From Bacillota bacterium (GTDB taxonomy: Bacteria; Bacillota; Limnochordia; Darwinibacteriales; Darwinibacteriaceae), in assembly GCA_012837925.1 (NCBI GenBank), contig DUQE01000099.1, forward strand, positions 1 through 60,706: a stretch of DNA of 60,706 bases, in the 5' to 3' direction. The translations under genes and the position numbers were made by a program. Shown piece by piece: positions 1 to 7,889 of the stretch. The notes beneath the pieces were generated by a model. That model did no database searches. It was not told the origin of the DNA and was given only the letters and a program-made list of their open reading frames with translations. Each line of letters begins with the position of its first letter. Positions within the stretch are counted from its first letter, which is position 1.

Positions 1-10
1 CAGCCATCTA

Positions 11-86
<76 letters not shown>

Positions 87-91
87 TCTTC

Positions 92-168
92 GGTTCCTTA
101 GCTCAGTTGGTTAGAGTGCTGCCTTGACATGGCAGAGGTCGTTGGTTCGATTCCAACAGGAACCACCA
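92..168 (+). tRNA. tRNA-Val (anticodon GAC), CCA encoded
   Basis: Acceptor is GGTTCCT/AGGAACC. The anticodon stem CTGCC/GGCAG carries loop TT-GAC-AT. T-arm is GGTTCGATTCC. Confidence 0.92.
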
Positions 169-181
169 TCTTTAATAACAA

Positions 182-257
182 GCCCCCATCGTCTAGCGGC
201 CTAGGACACCGCCCTTTCACGGCGAAGGCACCGGTTCAAATCCGGTTGGGGGTACCA
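182..257 (+). tRNA. tRNA-Glu (anticodon UUC), CCA encoded
   Basis: The sequence matches the canonical bacterial tRNA-Glu core (CGTCTAGCGGCCTAGGACACCGCCCTTTCACGGCG). Anticodon loop is CT-TTC-AC. The top acceptor pair is G1-U72. Confidence 0.9.
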
Positions 258-265
258 ATTTTCTT

Positions 266-341
<76 letters not shown>

Positions 342-357
342 ATAGAGATACTATGAA

Positions 358-380
358 GCACCGCAAATGCGGTGTTTTTT
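358..380 (+). terminator. Intrinsic terminator closing the tRNA array
   Basis: Hairpin CACCGC-AAAT-GCGGTG is followed by TTTTTT. Confidence 0.75.
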
Positions 381-448
381 CGTTTTCTGCCTATGGTATA
401 ATGGTCGTACGAGGGAGTGAAAACACCTCGTTAGAAAGGGGTTTAGCC

Positions 449-1555
449 ATGACAGACCAGAAGAATCCACGCATTAGTCTAGAAACGCTAGAGCGATTCA
501 TGGTTGACGTACTCGTTGGGGTAGGACTGCCAACAGAGGACGCCGAAATTGTTGCGGATGTGTTGGTTACGGCTGATAAGTTTGGCATTGACTCCCATGG
601 AATAGGGCGCTTAAAGCCCATCTATTACGACCGCATTAAGGAAGGGATTTTGAATCCCATAACAACAATTGAAGTGTTGAGGGAAGGACCCACAACAGCC
701 GTCATTGATGGCCATCACGGCATGGGTCATGTGATCTCGAAACGAGCCATGGAAATGGCGATTTCCAAGGCGAAGGAGTACGGGATGGGCATGGTGGCCG
801 TGCGAAATTCGAGCCACTACGGCATCGCCGGCTATTATACGCTCATGGCGTCGAATGCCGGGATGATCGGGATAACCGGAACGAACGCCAGACCCTCTCT
901 GGCTCCCACCTTTGGAGTCGAACCGATGCTCGGTACAAATCCGTTAACCTTCACGATGCCATCGGATGAAGAGTTCCCGTTCTTTTTAGATTGCGCCACC
1001 TCGGCCAGTCAAAGAGGGAGAATCGAGGTTTACGCACGAATGGATAAGGAGATACCTGAGGGTTGGGTTGTGGGAAACGACGGACAAAGCCGTACCGATA
1101 CCCACGCTATCTTAAGGGATCTCACTACCGGCGATGCGGCATTAACTCCCCTCGGAGGACTGTCAGAAACCAGCGGTGGGCACAAGGGGTATGGCTATAC
1201 GACGGTTGTAGAAATTCTTTCTGCAGCACTGCAGGGAGGCGCCTTTCTACATGCACTGTCCGGCTTCAAGGATGGCAAGAAGGTTCCCCATGCTCTGGGT
1301 CATTTCTTTATCGCCATTGACATCGAATCTTTCACCAGTTTGGATGCGTTCAAAAAGACGACGGGCGATATTCTCAGAGCGCTCCGTGCCTCCAAGAAAG
1401 CTCCCGGGCAAGAAAGGATCTATACGGCGGGTGAAAAAGAGTATCTCGCGTCTCTAGAACGAACCAAGTATGGTGTTCCCATAGGGGAGAGCCTGCAGAA
1501 GGACATTCGAGAGCTTGTTCAGGAGCTCGACTTGGATTATGACTTTCCATTTTGA
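449..1555 (+). CDS. Ldh_2 family (malate/L-lactate/ureidoglycolate-type) NAD(P)H-dependent 2-hydroxyacid dehydrogenase
   Basis: The translation shows Ldh_2 hallmarks (DSHGIGRL, SHYGIAGYY, LGTNPL, GGHKGYG). I moved the start to ATG 449, which has RBS GAAAGGGG, because the ORF-track start at 281 lies inside tRNA-Ala. Confidence 0.8.
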   Translation: MTDQKNPRISLETLERFMVDVLVGVGLPTEDAEIVADVLVTADKFGIDSHGIGRLKPIYYDRIKEGILNPITTIEVLREGPTTAVIDGHHGMGHVISKRAMEMAISKAKEYGMGMVAVRNSSHYGIAGYYTLMASNAGMIGITGTNARPSLAPTFGVEPMLGTNPLTFTMPSDEEFPFFLDCATSASQRGRIEVYARMDKEIPEGWVVGNDGQSRTDTHAILRDLTTGDAALTPLGGLSETSGGHKGYGYTTVVEILSAALQGGAFLHALSGFKDGKKVPHALGHFFIAIDIESFTSLDAFKKTTGDILRALRASKKAPGQERIYTAGEKEYLASLERTKYGVPIGESLQKDIRELVQELDLDYDFPF

Positions 1556-1664
1556 TTGATTGATTTTCAATTTGCTTTTAATCTGTTTTTAATGATGCAC
1601 AAATTGGGTTTAAAGTCCGTCCCTGTACAATCAAAGCATCAAAACATCCGAAAGGAGAATCACC

Positions 1665-2156
1665 ATGGATAGACTTGAAAAGATTGAAAAACTACGGGAA
1701 CGGGCACAGGTTAGTTATGACGAAGCTAGAGCAGCATACGATGAGGCCAATGGGGATCTACTGGACGCTCTCATTCTCTTGGAGAAGCAGGGCAAGGTAG
1801 CACCGCCTAAGGGTGATGGTTACTATCGTAGTGAACAGACCGTATCAGAACCTGTCACAGAAGAGAAAGAGGAACACTCTCGGGGGCGTAGAAGCAATAC
1901 CGAACAGGAAAACAACAACAACTTCAAAGAAACACTGGACAAGATCTGGAAGTTTCTCACGGGCCTAGTCAAGAAGGGCAACGAGACAAGTTTCGAGATC
2001 CTCAAGGACAAAGAGCACATGGCGAGCTTCCCGGTGACAGTGTTAGCACTCCTCCTACTCTTTGCACCCTGGGTTACACTGCCACTCATCGTAATTGGTT
2101 TGTTCTTTGGTTTCCATTACCAGTTTGTCAGCAACAACAGCGACACCGATAGGTAG
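1665..2156 (+). CDS. DUF4342-like membrane protein with N-terminal UBA/EF-Ts-N-like domain
   Basis: The N-terminus (EKLRERAQVSYDEARAAYDEANGDLLDALILLEKQGK) is a UBA/TS-N-like helix bundle. The C-terminus has a KGNETSFEI block followed by a hydrophobic segment. RBS is AAAGGAG. Confidence 0.55.
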   Translation: MDRLEKIEKLRERAQVSYDEARAAYDEANGDLLDALILLEKQGKVAPPKGDGYYRSEQTVSEPVTEEKEEHSRGRRSNTEQENNNNFKETLDKIWKFLTGLVKKGNETSFEILKDKEHMASFPVTVLALLLLFAPWVTLPLIVIGLFFGFHYQFVSNNSDTDR

Positions 2157-2183
2157 AAACACTCGGAAAAAGGAGCGCATGGC

Positions 2184-2864
2184 ATGAAGACCAGAATTCT
2201 AATCATCGAGGATGAAGAGAAATTCGCCCGTTTCGTGGAGATGGAACTCACGTATGAAGGATATGAAGTGAGTAAGGCTCACCACGGACGAACAGGCTTG
2301 GAAATGGCGGAATCTGGTGACTATGATTTGGTGCTCCTCGATGTTATGCTACCAGGACTCAGCGGTATGGAGGTGTTGCGTCGTCTGCGGCGCACATCCT
2401 CCGTACCTGTCATTATGCTCACTGCGCGGGACAGCGTCATGGACAAAGTCGCCGGTCTAGACAGCGGCGCCGATGACTACATTACCAAGCCCTTCGCCAT
2501 TGAAGAGCTCCTGGCCCGCATTCGCACGGTGCTGCGCAAGGCACCTCTAGTAAGACCCGAAACAGAGGTGCTCCGGGCTGGTCCTGTGGAACTTGATGTG
2601 GCGAGTCGCCAAGTTGTCGTGCAAGGCACACCCGTGGATTTGACAAAAAGAGAGTTCGATTTGCTGCAGTTCTTGCTTGAAAACAAGGGCATTGTTTTGT
2701 CCAGGGAGACAATTTTGGAGCGAGTGTGGGGCTTTGATTTCGAAGGCGAAACCAATGCTGTTGACGTCTATGTGCGCTTTTTGCGTGGCAAGATCGATGA
2801 AGTGTTTGGCATTAAACTGATTTCTACCATTCGAGGCGTGGGGTATGTGATCCGCGATGAGTAA
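2184..2864 (+). CDS. OmpR-family response regulator
   Basis: The receiver domain shows DLVLLDVMLPGLSG and a phospho-acceptor Asp. The C-terminus is a winged helix (LTKREFDLLQFL...TIRGVGY). Confidence 0.92.
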   Translation: MKTRILIIEDEEKFARFVEMELTYEGYEVSKAHHGRTGLEMAESGDYDLVLLDVMLPGLSGMEVLRRLRRTSSVPVIMLTARDSVMDKVAGLDSGADDYITKPFAIEELLARIRTVLRKAPLVRPETEVLRAGPVELDVASRQVVVQGTPVDLTKREFDLLQFLLENKGIVLSRETILERVWGFDFEGETNAVDVYVRFLRGKIDEVFGIKLISTIRGVGYVIRDE

Positions 2865-4308
2865 CCGACAAGAGAAAGTTCACACCATAGGGTTTTCCAT
2901 TGTATCGAAGTTGAACGTTCAGCTCTGGGTTCGATCCCTTGGGCTTTTTCTCTTGTTGAACATCGTGTTCTTGGTCGCGAGCGGCGCACTCTTGCTCGTT
3001 GTGGGAGAGCGCAAGGCTGTGCAGGCCGTACAGCATGTGAAGCTCCATGGTCACCCCACCGACGGAGAAAGTCGCTGGCTTCTTGATCAAGGACTTGAGA
3101 TCGCTGCAACGGACGCTCTTGTCCAAACGGGAATTGTCGTGCCTGAGCGTCTTCAGAGGGTGTTTCCCCCTGAGACAAGGACAGCTCTGCGCATGGTGCG
3201 CCTTCCCCGGGAAGACGATGTTTCGCTATACTATCTATTGGATCCTCTCCAGTACCAACTTTCGCTTGAACTAAACGGTACACCAACAACGATTACTGTT
3301 GCCTTTTCCTCGTTTATTTGGGTGCTGAAGACGCTCTTCTTAGTACTTTTAATTGTACAGCTTCTTAATCTCTTTCGAACCATGATTACCCGTGCTGATT
3401 TGATTCGTGAGGTCCTGCGGCCCATCTCTGACTTGGCCCAGCAAGCGCAGACATTATCCAAAGAAAAAGGCCCCTTATCCGTGAAGGAGATGCAGGCCCT
3501 GGCGGGGACACTTGATGAGATCAACGCCGCTCGCCTGGATACTCGCATCGATTTGGACAGCACCCAGGATGAGCTCAAGAACTTAGCTGTCGCCATCAAC
3601 AGTCTCTTGGCCCGCATCAATGAGTCGTACCGCCTGCAAGCTCGCTTTGTATCCGATGCATCCCATGAGCTACGCACGCCAATTGCCGCCATTCAAGGGT
3701 ATGCAAATCTCCTGGATCGCTGGGGGAAGAACGATCCCGAGGCACTGCAAGAGTCCATTGATGCCCTCAAAGAAGAGGCGGCAAACATGAAGGACTTGGT
3801 AGAGCAGCTCCTTTTCTTGGCACGGGGTGATAACAACACGATGCATCTGGATTTCGAGCGCTTTGACTTGGCGAACTTGGCGCAGACGATCTTCCGCGAA
3901 ACAGAGATGATCGATGGAGGGCATGTGTTTCAAATTGACACCAGCGAGGTCTTTGTCTACGCTGACCAGGGTTTGGTGAAGCAGGCCGGTCGTATTTTGG
4001 TGGACAATGCCATCAAGTATACGCCTGTGGGAGGGACGATTCGCATTGTGGTTTCGGGATCACAGGGAAAGGCGTGGTTTTCGGTGCAGGATTCGGGAAT
4101 TGGTATTCCTCCCGATGATATACCACACATCTTTGACCGTTTTTATCGTGCCGATGAGTCCAGGGCCAGAGCCACAGGTGGAACTGGGCTGGGCTTGTCC
4201 ATTGCCAAGTGGATTGCTGAACGCCATGGAGGTCACTTGGAAGTGTTGAGTAGAGAAGATTTCGGAAGCCGCATTTCGCTGGTCTTGCCCCAAAATGAAT
4301 CGGACTAA
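2857..4308 (+). CDS. Sensor histidine kinase (2 TM, HAMP-like linker, HisKA, HATPase_c)
   Basis: H-box is FVSDASHELRTPI, N-box is LVDNAIKYT, and the G-boxes are DSGIGI / GGTGLGLSI. The ATG overlaps the response-regulator stop (ATGAGTAA). Confidence 0.92.
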   Translation: MSNRQEKVHTIGFSIVSKLNVQLWVRSLGLFLLLNIVFLVASGALLLVVGERKAVQAVQHVKLHGHPTDGESRWLLDQGLEIAATDALVQTGIVVPERLQRVFPPETRTALRMVRLPREDDVSLYYLLDPLQYQLSLELNGTPTTITVAFSSFIWVLKTLFLVLLIVQLLNLFRTMITRADLIREVLRPISDLAQQAQTLSKEKGPLSVKEMQALAGTLDEINAARLDTRIDLDSTQDELKNLAVAINSLLARINESYRLQARFVSDASHELRTPIAAIQGYANLLDRWGKNDPEALQESIDALKEEAANMKDLVEQLLFLARGDNNTMHLDFERFDLANLAQTIFRETEMIDGGHVFQIDTSEVFVYADQGLVKQAGRILVDNAIKYTPVGGTIRIVVSGSQGKAWFSVQDSGIGIPPDDIPHIFDRFYRADESRARATGGTGLGLSIAKWIAERHGGHLEVLSREDFGSRISLVLPQNESD

Positions 4309-4535
4309 AGCTGGGGATCGCTGTTGGGTACCAAAAACTCTTCCATGTTCTTGTCCATGGTCGTCGTGTCGCCCTCAATAAGGCTGATCAGGCCCTCTTC
4401 TTCGAGAAGAGTGACAACATTGAAGAGCGAACGCCGCTGGGTATCGGAGAGTTCGTTCACAAAAGCGTTGATTTCTTCGGGCGTGGCATTGTTCACAAAA
4501 CGAACACCACCATACTTAAGATAGTGTTTTGGCAT
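4305..4535 (-). CDS. Hypothetical 76-aa protein
   Basis: This is an open frame with a strong RBS (AAAGGAG, 7 nt before the ATG) and protein-like composition. I do not recognise a family. It overlaps the kinase stop by 4 nt in convergent orientation. Confidence 0.5.
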   Translation of the reverse strand: MPKHYLKYGGVRFVNNATPEEINAFVNELSDTQRRSLFNVVTLLEEEGLISLIEGDTTTMDKNMEEFLVPNSDPQL

Positions 4536-4581
4536 CGCGATTCTCCTTTTACTTTTAGTGTGTGGCAGTTATCAGGCGTTT

Positions 4582-4630
4582 ACTCCTAAGAAAAAACAGA
4601 ACGATGTTTTTCTTGGGAGTTTTTTATTTT
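4582..4630 (+). terminator. Strong intrinsic terminator (plus-strand sense)
   Basis: A roughly 14-bp stem, ACTCCTAAGAAAAA..C / G.TTTTTCTTGGGAGT, is followed by TTTTTATTTT. Confidence 0.7.
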
Positions 4631-4633
4631 ATG

Positions 4634-4673
4634 TTGACATCTTTTGTTCAACTGTGTATAGTGTATATGAACA
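4634..4673 (+). promoter_or_regulatory. Sigma-A-type promoter plus candidate GntR/YtrA operator
   Basis: TTGACA (4634-4639), a 17-nt spacer and TATAGT (4657-4662). The inverted repeat TGTTCA-N17-TGAACA (4645-4673) encloses the tandem heptamers GTGTATA GTGTATA (4654-4667). Confidence 0.6.
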
Positions 4674-4682
4674 GTATGGGAG

Positions 4683-5066
4683 GTGGTTTGCATTGACATC
4701 ATCCTAACGAATAGCGGCGAGATACCTATCTACCAGCAAATTGTTGACCAAATCAAGGCAGCGATTTTGCGTGGTGACTTAGGTGCAGACCAACCACTGC
4801 CCTCAATTCGTGTCTTAGCAAAGGAACTGCAGATTAGTGTGATTACTACGAAACGGGCGTATGAAGATTTGGAGAAGGATGGTCTGATCTATACGATTCC
4901 AGGTAAGGGGTCTTTCGTAGCAGAGCACGATGCGTGTAGACTCGAAGAGTCCAAGAGGAGTCTGGTGGAAGAACAACTGCAAGAGGTCATACGTGCAGCG
5001 AAGGCCATGGGCGTCTCCAAGTCTGATTTGAGCAAGATATTTAAGTCATTGATGGAGGGTGAATGA
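4683..5066 (+). CDS. GntR-family (YtrA-subfamily) transcriptional regulator
   Basis: Winged-HTH signature is PIYQQIVDQIKAAILRGDL...LPSIRVLAKELQISVITTKRAYEDLEKDGLI, with a short C-terminal helix typical of YtrA. The start is uncertain: GTG 4683 overlaps the RBS, and in-frame ATT 4692 is an alternative. Confidence 0.85.
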   Translation: MVCIDIILTNSGEIPIYQQIVDQIKAAILRGDLGADQPLPSIRVLAKELQISVITTKRAYEDLEKDGLIYTIPGKGSFVAEHDACRLEESKRSLVEEQLQEVIRAAKAMGVSKSDLSKIFKSLMEGE

Positions 5067-5929
5067 TGGGACCGATTTTGGAATTAAACAATGTGGTGAA
5101 GGAGTTCGCCGGATTTAAACTGAATGGCGTTAGTTTTTCTCTGGAGCCAGGCTTTATTATGGGATTCATCGGAGCCAATGGTTCGGGCAAGACAACGACA
5201 ATCAAGCTTATCATGAACCTTCTGCATCTGGACGGGGGAGACATCAGCGTCTTTGGTCTCGATTCTAGAAGGAATGAACAAGAAGTCAAACAGAGAATCG
5301 GGTTTGTCTACGATGATAACCACTTTTACGAGGAACTGACCATTGCACAGATGACGAAGGTGGTGGCTCCCTTTTATCGGAACTGGGACTGGGAGATCTA
5401 CAACGAATATGTCAACCGCTTTGGTCTGCCGACCACGAAGAAGATCAAGACCTTCTCCCGAGGAATGAAGATGAAGTATTCTTTGGCCGTGGCTTTGGCC
5501 CACAAGGCAGAGCTCTTGATCATGGATGAACCCACAAGTGGCTTAGACCCTATTGTGCGTAGCGAACTGTTGGATATTCTAAGCGAAGTGATTCAAGATG
5601 AGAGCTGTTCCGTACTATTTTCATCGCATATTACCTCAGACTTAGACAGAATTGCGGACTATGTGACTCTCATTCACCAGGGAAGCCTTGTTTTCAGTAC
5701 ATCGAAAGAGGAACTCTTTGAAACGTACGCTGTCATTAAAGGGGAACGCTCCCTTCTAGATGCCAACTTGCGTCCATACCTCGTTGGTGTGCGAGAGAAC
5801 CAATTTGGATTCGAAGGCCTCGTGAAGGAGAGGGCGTCTGTGGAGCGCATGACTGGTGGTAAGGCCATCTTAGAAAGGCCAACGCTAGAAGATATCATGC
5901 TCTATTACACGAGGGGGCGGGCTGTATGA
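5063..5929 (+). CDS. ABC transporter ATP-binding protein (YtrB-like)
   Basis: Walker A is GANGSGKTT, the signature-like motif is SRGMKMK, and Walker B is LLIMDEPTSGLD. The ATGA start overlaps the regulator stop. Confidence 0.9.
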   Translation: MMGPILELNNVVKEFAGFKLNGVSFSLEPGFIMGFIGANGSGKTTTIKLIMNLLHLDGGDISVFGLDSRRNEQEVKQRIGFVYDDNHFYEELTIAQMTKVVAPFYRNWDWEIYNEYVNRFGLPTTKKIKTFSRGMKMKYSLAVALAHKAELLIMDEPTSGLDPIVRSELLDILSEVIQDESCSVLFSSHITSDLDRIADYVTLIHQGSLVFSTSKEELFETYAVIKGERSLLDANLRPYLVGVRENQFGFEGLVKERASVERMTGGKAILERPTLEDIMLYYTRGRAV

Positions 5930-6086
5930 GCGTGCTGTCCTCAAGGACCTCATGCTGCAAAAGCGAGTGTTGGTCTTGGAACTTGCCTACGCGATTATGG
6001 TGGGGTTCCAGTTTCCACGTCTGACAAGTGGCCAGGCCATTTCGTTTGGAGTATCGCTTTATGTCTACCAGAGACGAGAGTTTTAG
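5926..6086 (+). pseudogene. Decayed paralogue of the downstream ABC-2 membrane gene (internal deletion plus start-proximal frame change)
   Basis: The frame starting at 5928 reads ERAVLKDLMLQKRVLVLELAYAIMVGFQFPRLTSGQAISFGVSLYVYQRREF*. It matches the N-terminus (LKDLLLQRKML) and the C-terminus (ISFLASLRLYGRREF*) of the 6102..6758 product, but about 160 residues in between are missing. The ATG at 5926 that overlaps the ATPase stop is in a different frame. Confidence 0.6.
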
Positions 6087-6101
6087 AAAGGGGATACTAT
6101 T

Positions 6102-6758
6102 GTGGGGTACTTAATTCTCAAAGATTTACTCCTGCAAAGGAAAATGTTAGGTGCGGCTGTTCTCTACGTTCTCTTGTTCACCTTTGCATTTCAGAGCATG
6201 GGTGAGGGCCAGCTCATCGCGATCATTAGTGCGGTTGGCTATATGTTTGTCATGCTGGGGGCGGCCTGGGAAGAGAAGAACAACTCCGATGTATTATGGA
6301 ACAGCCTTCCTGTTTCAAAGCGGAAGATTGTGGGTGCAAAATATCTGTCCATTCCTGTGTATGTTGCTATCGTGATCGCCATTTACTGGCTGGTCAGTAC
6401 AGTCTTGTCCCTACTTGGGGACCCCATAACGGCCATGCCCCTTGACCTTACTAGCATACTTCTTGGTGTTGTGGCAGTTTTCGTGGCAGCGAGCATGTAC
6501 TTCCCCGTCTTTTTCGCCGTCGGATACACCAAGTCACGCTACTGGCATTTTATCTTGTTCTTTGGCATCATGATGCTAGGATCGGTGTTGCCAGCCTTGA
6601 TTCCGAAAAAGCCTGCTTGGATTGATCCCTTACTCGAGCGATTGCCAGAGCTGCGCGGAGATGCGGCCGGAGCGATTGTCCTTGGAGTGGTCGTAGCTGC
6701 GATGGTTGGGATTTCCTTCTTGGCCTCGCTGCGACTGTATGGGAGACGAGAGTTTTAG
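6102..6758 (+). CDS. ABC-2-type transporter membrane protein (YtrC/D-like)
   Basis: The 218-aa product has about six hydrophobic spans. It sits in GntR-ATPase-permease order. RBS is GAAAGGGGA and the start is GTG. Confidence 0.7.
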   Translation: MGYLILKDLLLQRKMLGAAVLYVLLFTFAFQSMGEGQLIAIISAVGYMFVMLGAAWEEKNNSDVLWNSLPVSKRKIVGAKYLSIPVYVAIVIAIYWLVSTVLSLLGDPITAMPLDLTSILLGVVAVFVAASMYFPVFFAVGYTKSRYWHFILFFGIMMLGSVLPALIPKKPAWIDPLLERLPELRGDAAGAIVLGVVVAAMVGISFLASLRLYGRREF

Positions 6759-6776
6759 GGTTGCGCCCGAAAGTGC

Positions 6777-6805
6777 TTGACAGTGGTACCAGTCCTTGAT
6801 AGACT
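6777..6805 (+). promoter_or_regulatory. pyr operon promoter
   Basis: TTGACA (6777-6782), a 17-nt spacer and TAGACT (6800-6805). Confidence 0.6.
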
Positions 6806-6828
6806 GAACAAAAGCAAAACTAAAAAAG

Positions 6829-6861
6829 ACCTTTAAGCCAATCCAGAGAGGTTGGGAAGGA
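6829..6861 (+). promoter_or_regulatory. PyrR-binding anti-antiterminator hairpin (pyr attenuator binding loop)
   Basis: It contains AATCCAGAGAGGTTGG. This matches the conserved PyrR RNA-binding motif (UCCAGAGAGG) presented on a CCAA/TTGG stem. Confidence 0.75.
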
Positions 6862-6923
6862 CGCCTACACAAAGCACAGTTATGTACAATATCGCACTTG
6901 TGCTAAGAGTATGTTTGCGATGG

Positions 6924-6952
6924 GCTTCTACCAACCGGTAGAAGCCTTTTTG
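6924..6952 (+). terminator. Attenuator terminator of the pyr leader
   Basis: Perfect 10-bp stem GGCTTCTACC-AACC-GGTAGAAGCC is followed by TTTTT. It lies 38 nt upstream of the pyrB start. Confidence 0.8.
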
Positions 6953-6989
6953 GTTTGTGTAGGTAAGGGTCTGACAAGGAGGAGCCAAG

Positions 6990-7889
6990 TTGAATTCTCT
7001 AGTCAGCAGTAAGGATTTGCGTCGTCACACCATTGAAATGTTGCTCCAGAACGCTCAAGACTTCATGGATAAGGACCAGGTTCGCACAAGTACCGGAACG
7101 GTCGCCAACCTTTTCTTCGAGAACAGTACCCGCACAGATTTATCCTTCCAGATGGCAGCCCAGCGCTTGGGACTGCGCACCCTGCACTTTGATGTCTCCC
7201 ATTCAAGTACCAGCAAGGGAGAATCTCTCCTTGATACGTTAGAAACACTGGAAGCCCTTGGCGTAGACGTGGTCGTCATTCGGCACAGTATTGACTGGCC
7301 AAAAGCGCTTGAAGGCTACAAACTCAATATGGGCTTGGTGAATGCAGGCTCGGGTGCTTTTGAGCATCCCACGCAGGCGTTACTCGATGCCCTTACTATG
7401 CGACAACATTTCGGAAGTCTCCGCAATCGCAAAGTGACCATTGCCGGTGACATCCGGCATAGTCGAGTCGCCCGTTCGAACCTTCATATCCTGACGGAGC
7501 TTGGTGCCCATGTGCAATTCGCAGGTCCAGACAGCTTCAGGCCCAGTGATTTACCTGAGGTACCCTGGGTAGATCTAGACGAAGCGATAGAGGAAACAGA
7601 TGTCTTGATGATGCTCAGAATACAACACGAACGCCACGTAGAGAGTACCGATGTTAGCACCTACCACGAACAGTACGGTTTGACCGAGCAACGATTACGC
7701 AGATTACGGTCAGACGCGTTGATCATGCATCCAGGACCCGTAAATCGGGGCGTGGAAATCTGTACTGCTGCCATGGAAGACCCACGCAGCCAGATTCTAA
7801 AGCAGGTCAAGAACGGCGTGGAGATGCGCATGGCTATCTTGGATTGGTGTTTACAGGGAGGAAAGTATGGCAAACTGGTATCTGCATGA
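6990..7889 (+). CDS. pyrB: Aspartate carbamoyltransferase catalytic subunit
   Basis: Motifs are FFENSTRT, HPTQALLD and MHPGPVNRGVEI. The start is TTG with RBS AAGGAGG. Confidence 0.93.
   Translation: MNSLVSSKDLRRHTIEMLLQNAQDFMDKDQVRTSTGTVANLFFENSTRTDLSFQMAAQRLGLRTLHFDVSHSSTSKGESLLDTLETLEALGVDVVVIRHSIDWPKALEGYKLNMGLVNAGSGAFEHPTQALLDALTMRQHFGSLRNRKVTIAGDIRHSRVARSNLHILTELGAHVQFAGPDSFRPSDLPEVPWVDLDEAIEETDVLMMLRIQHERHVESTDVSTYHEQYGLTEQRLRRLRSDALIMHPGPVNRGVEICTAAMEDPRSQILKQVKNGVEMRMAILDWCLQGGKYGKLVSA

Noticed and set aside
1-10. The window begins ...CAGCCA, which could be the CCA end of a further upstream tRNA.
   Set aside because: Only six bases are visible, so this cannot be supported.
7125-7139. 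PyrB carbamoyl-phosphate loop reads STRTD instead of the common STRTR.
   Set aside because: The ligand residues S-T-R-T are intact, as are HPTQ and HPGP. I cannot show from sequence alone that the fifth position matters, so it is not worth a finding.
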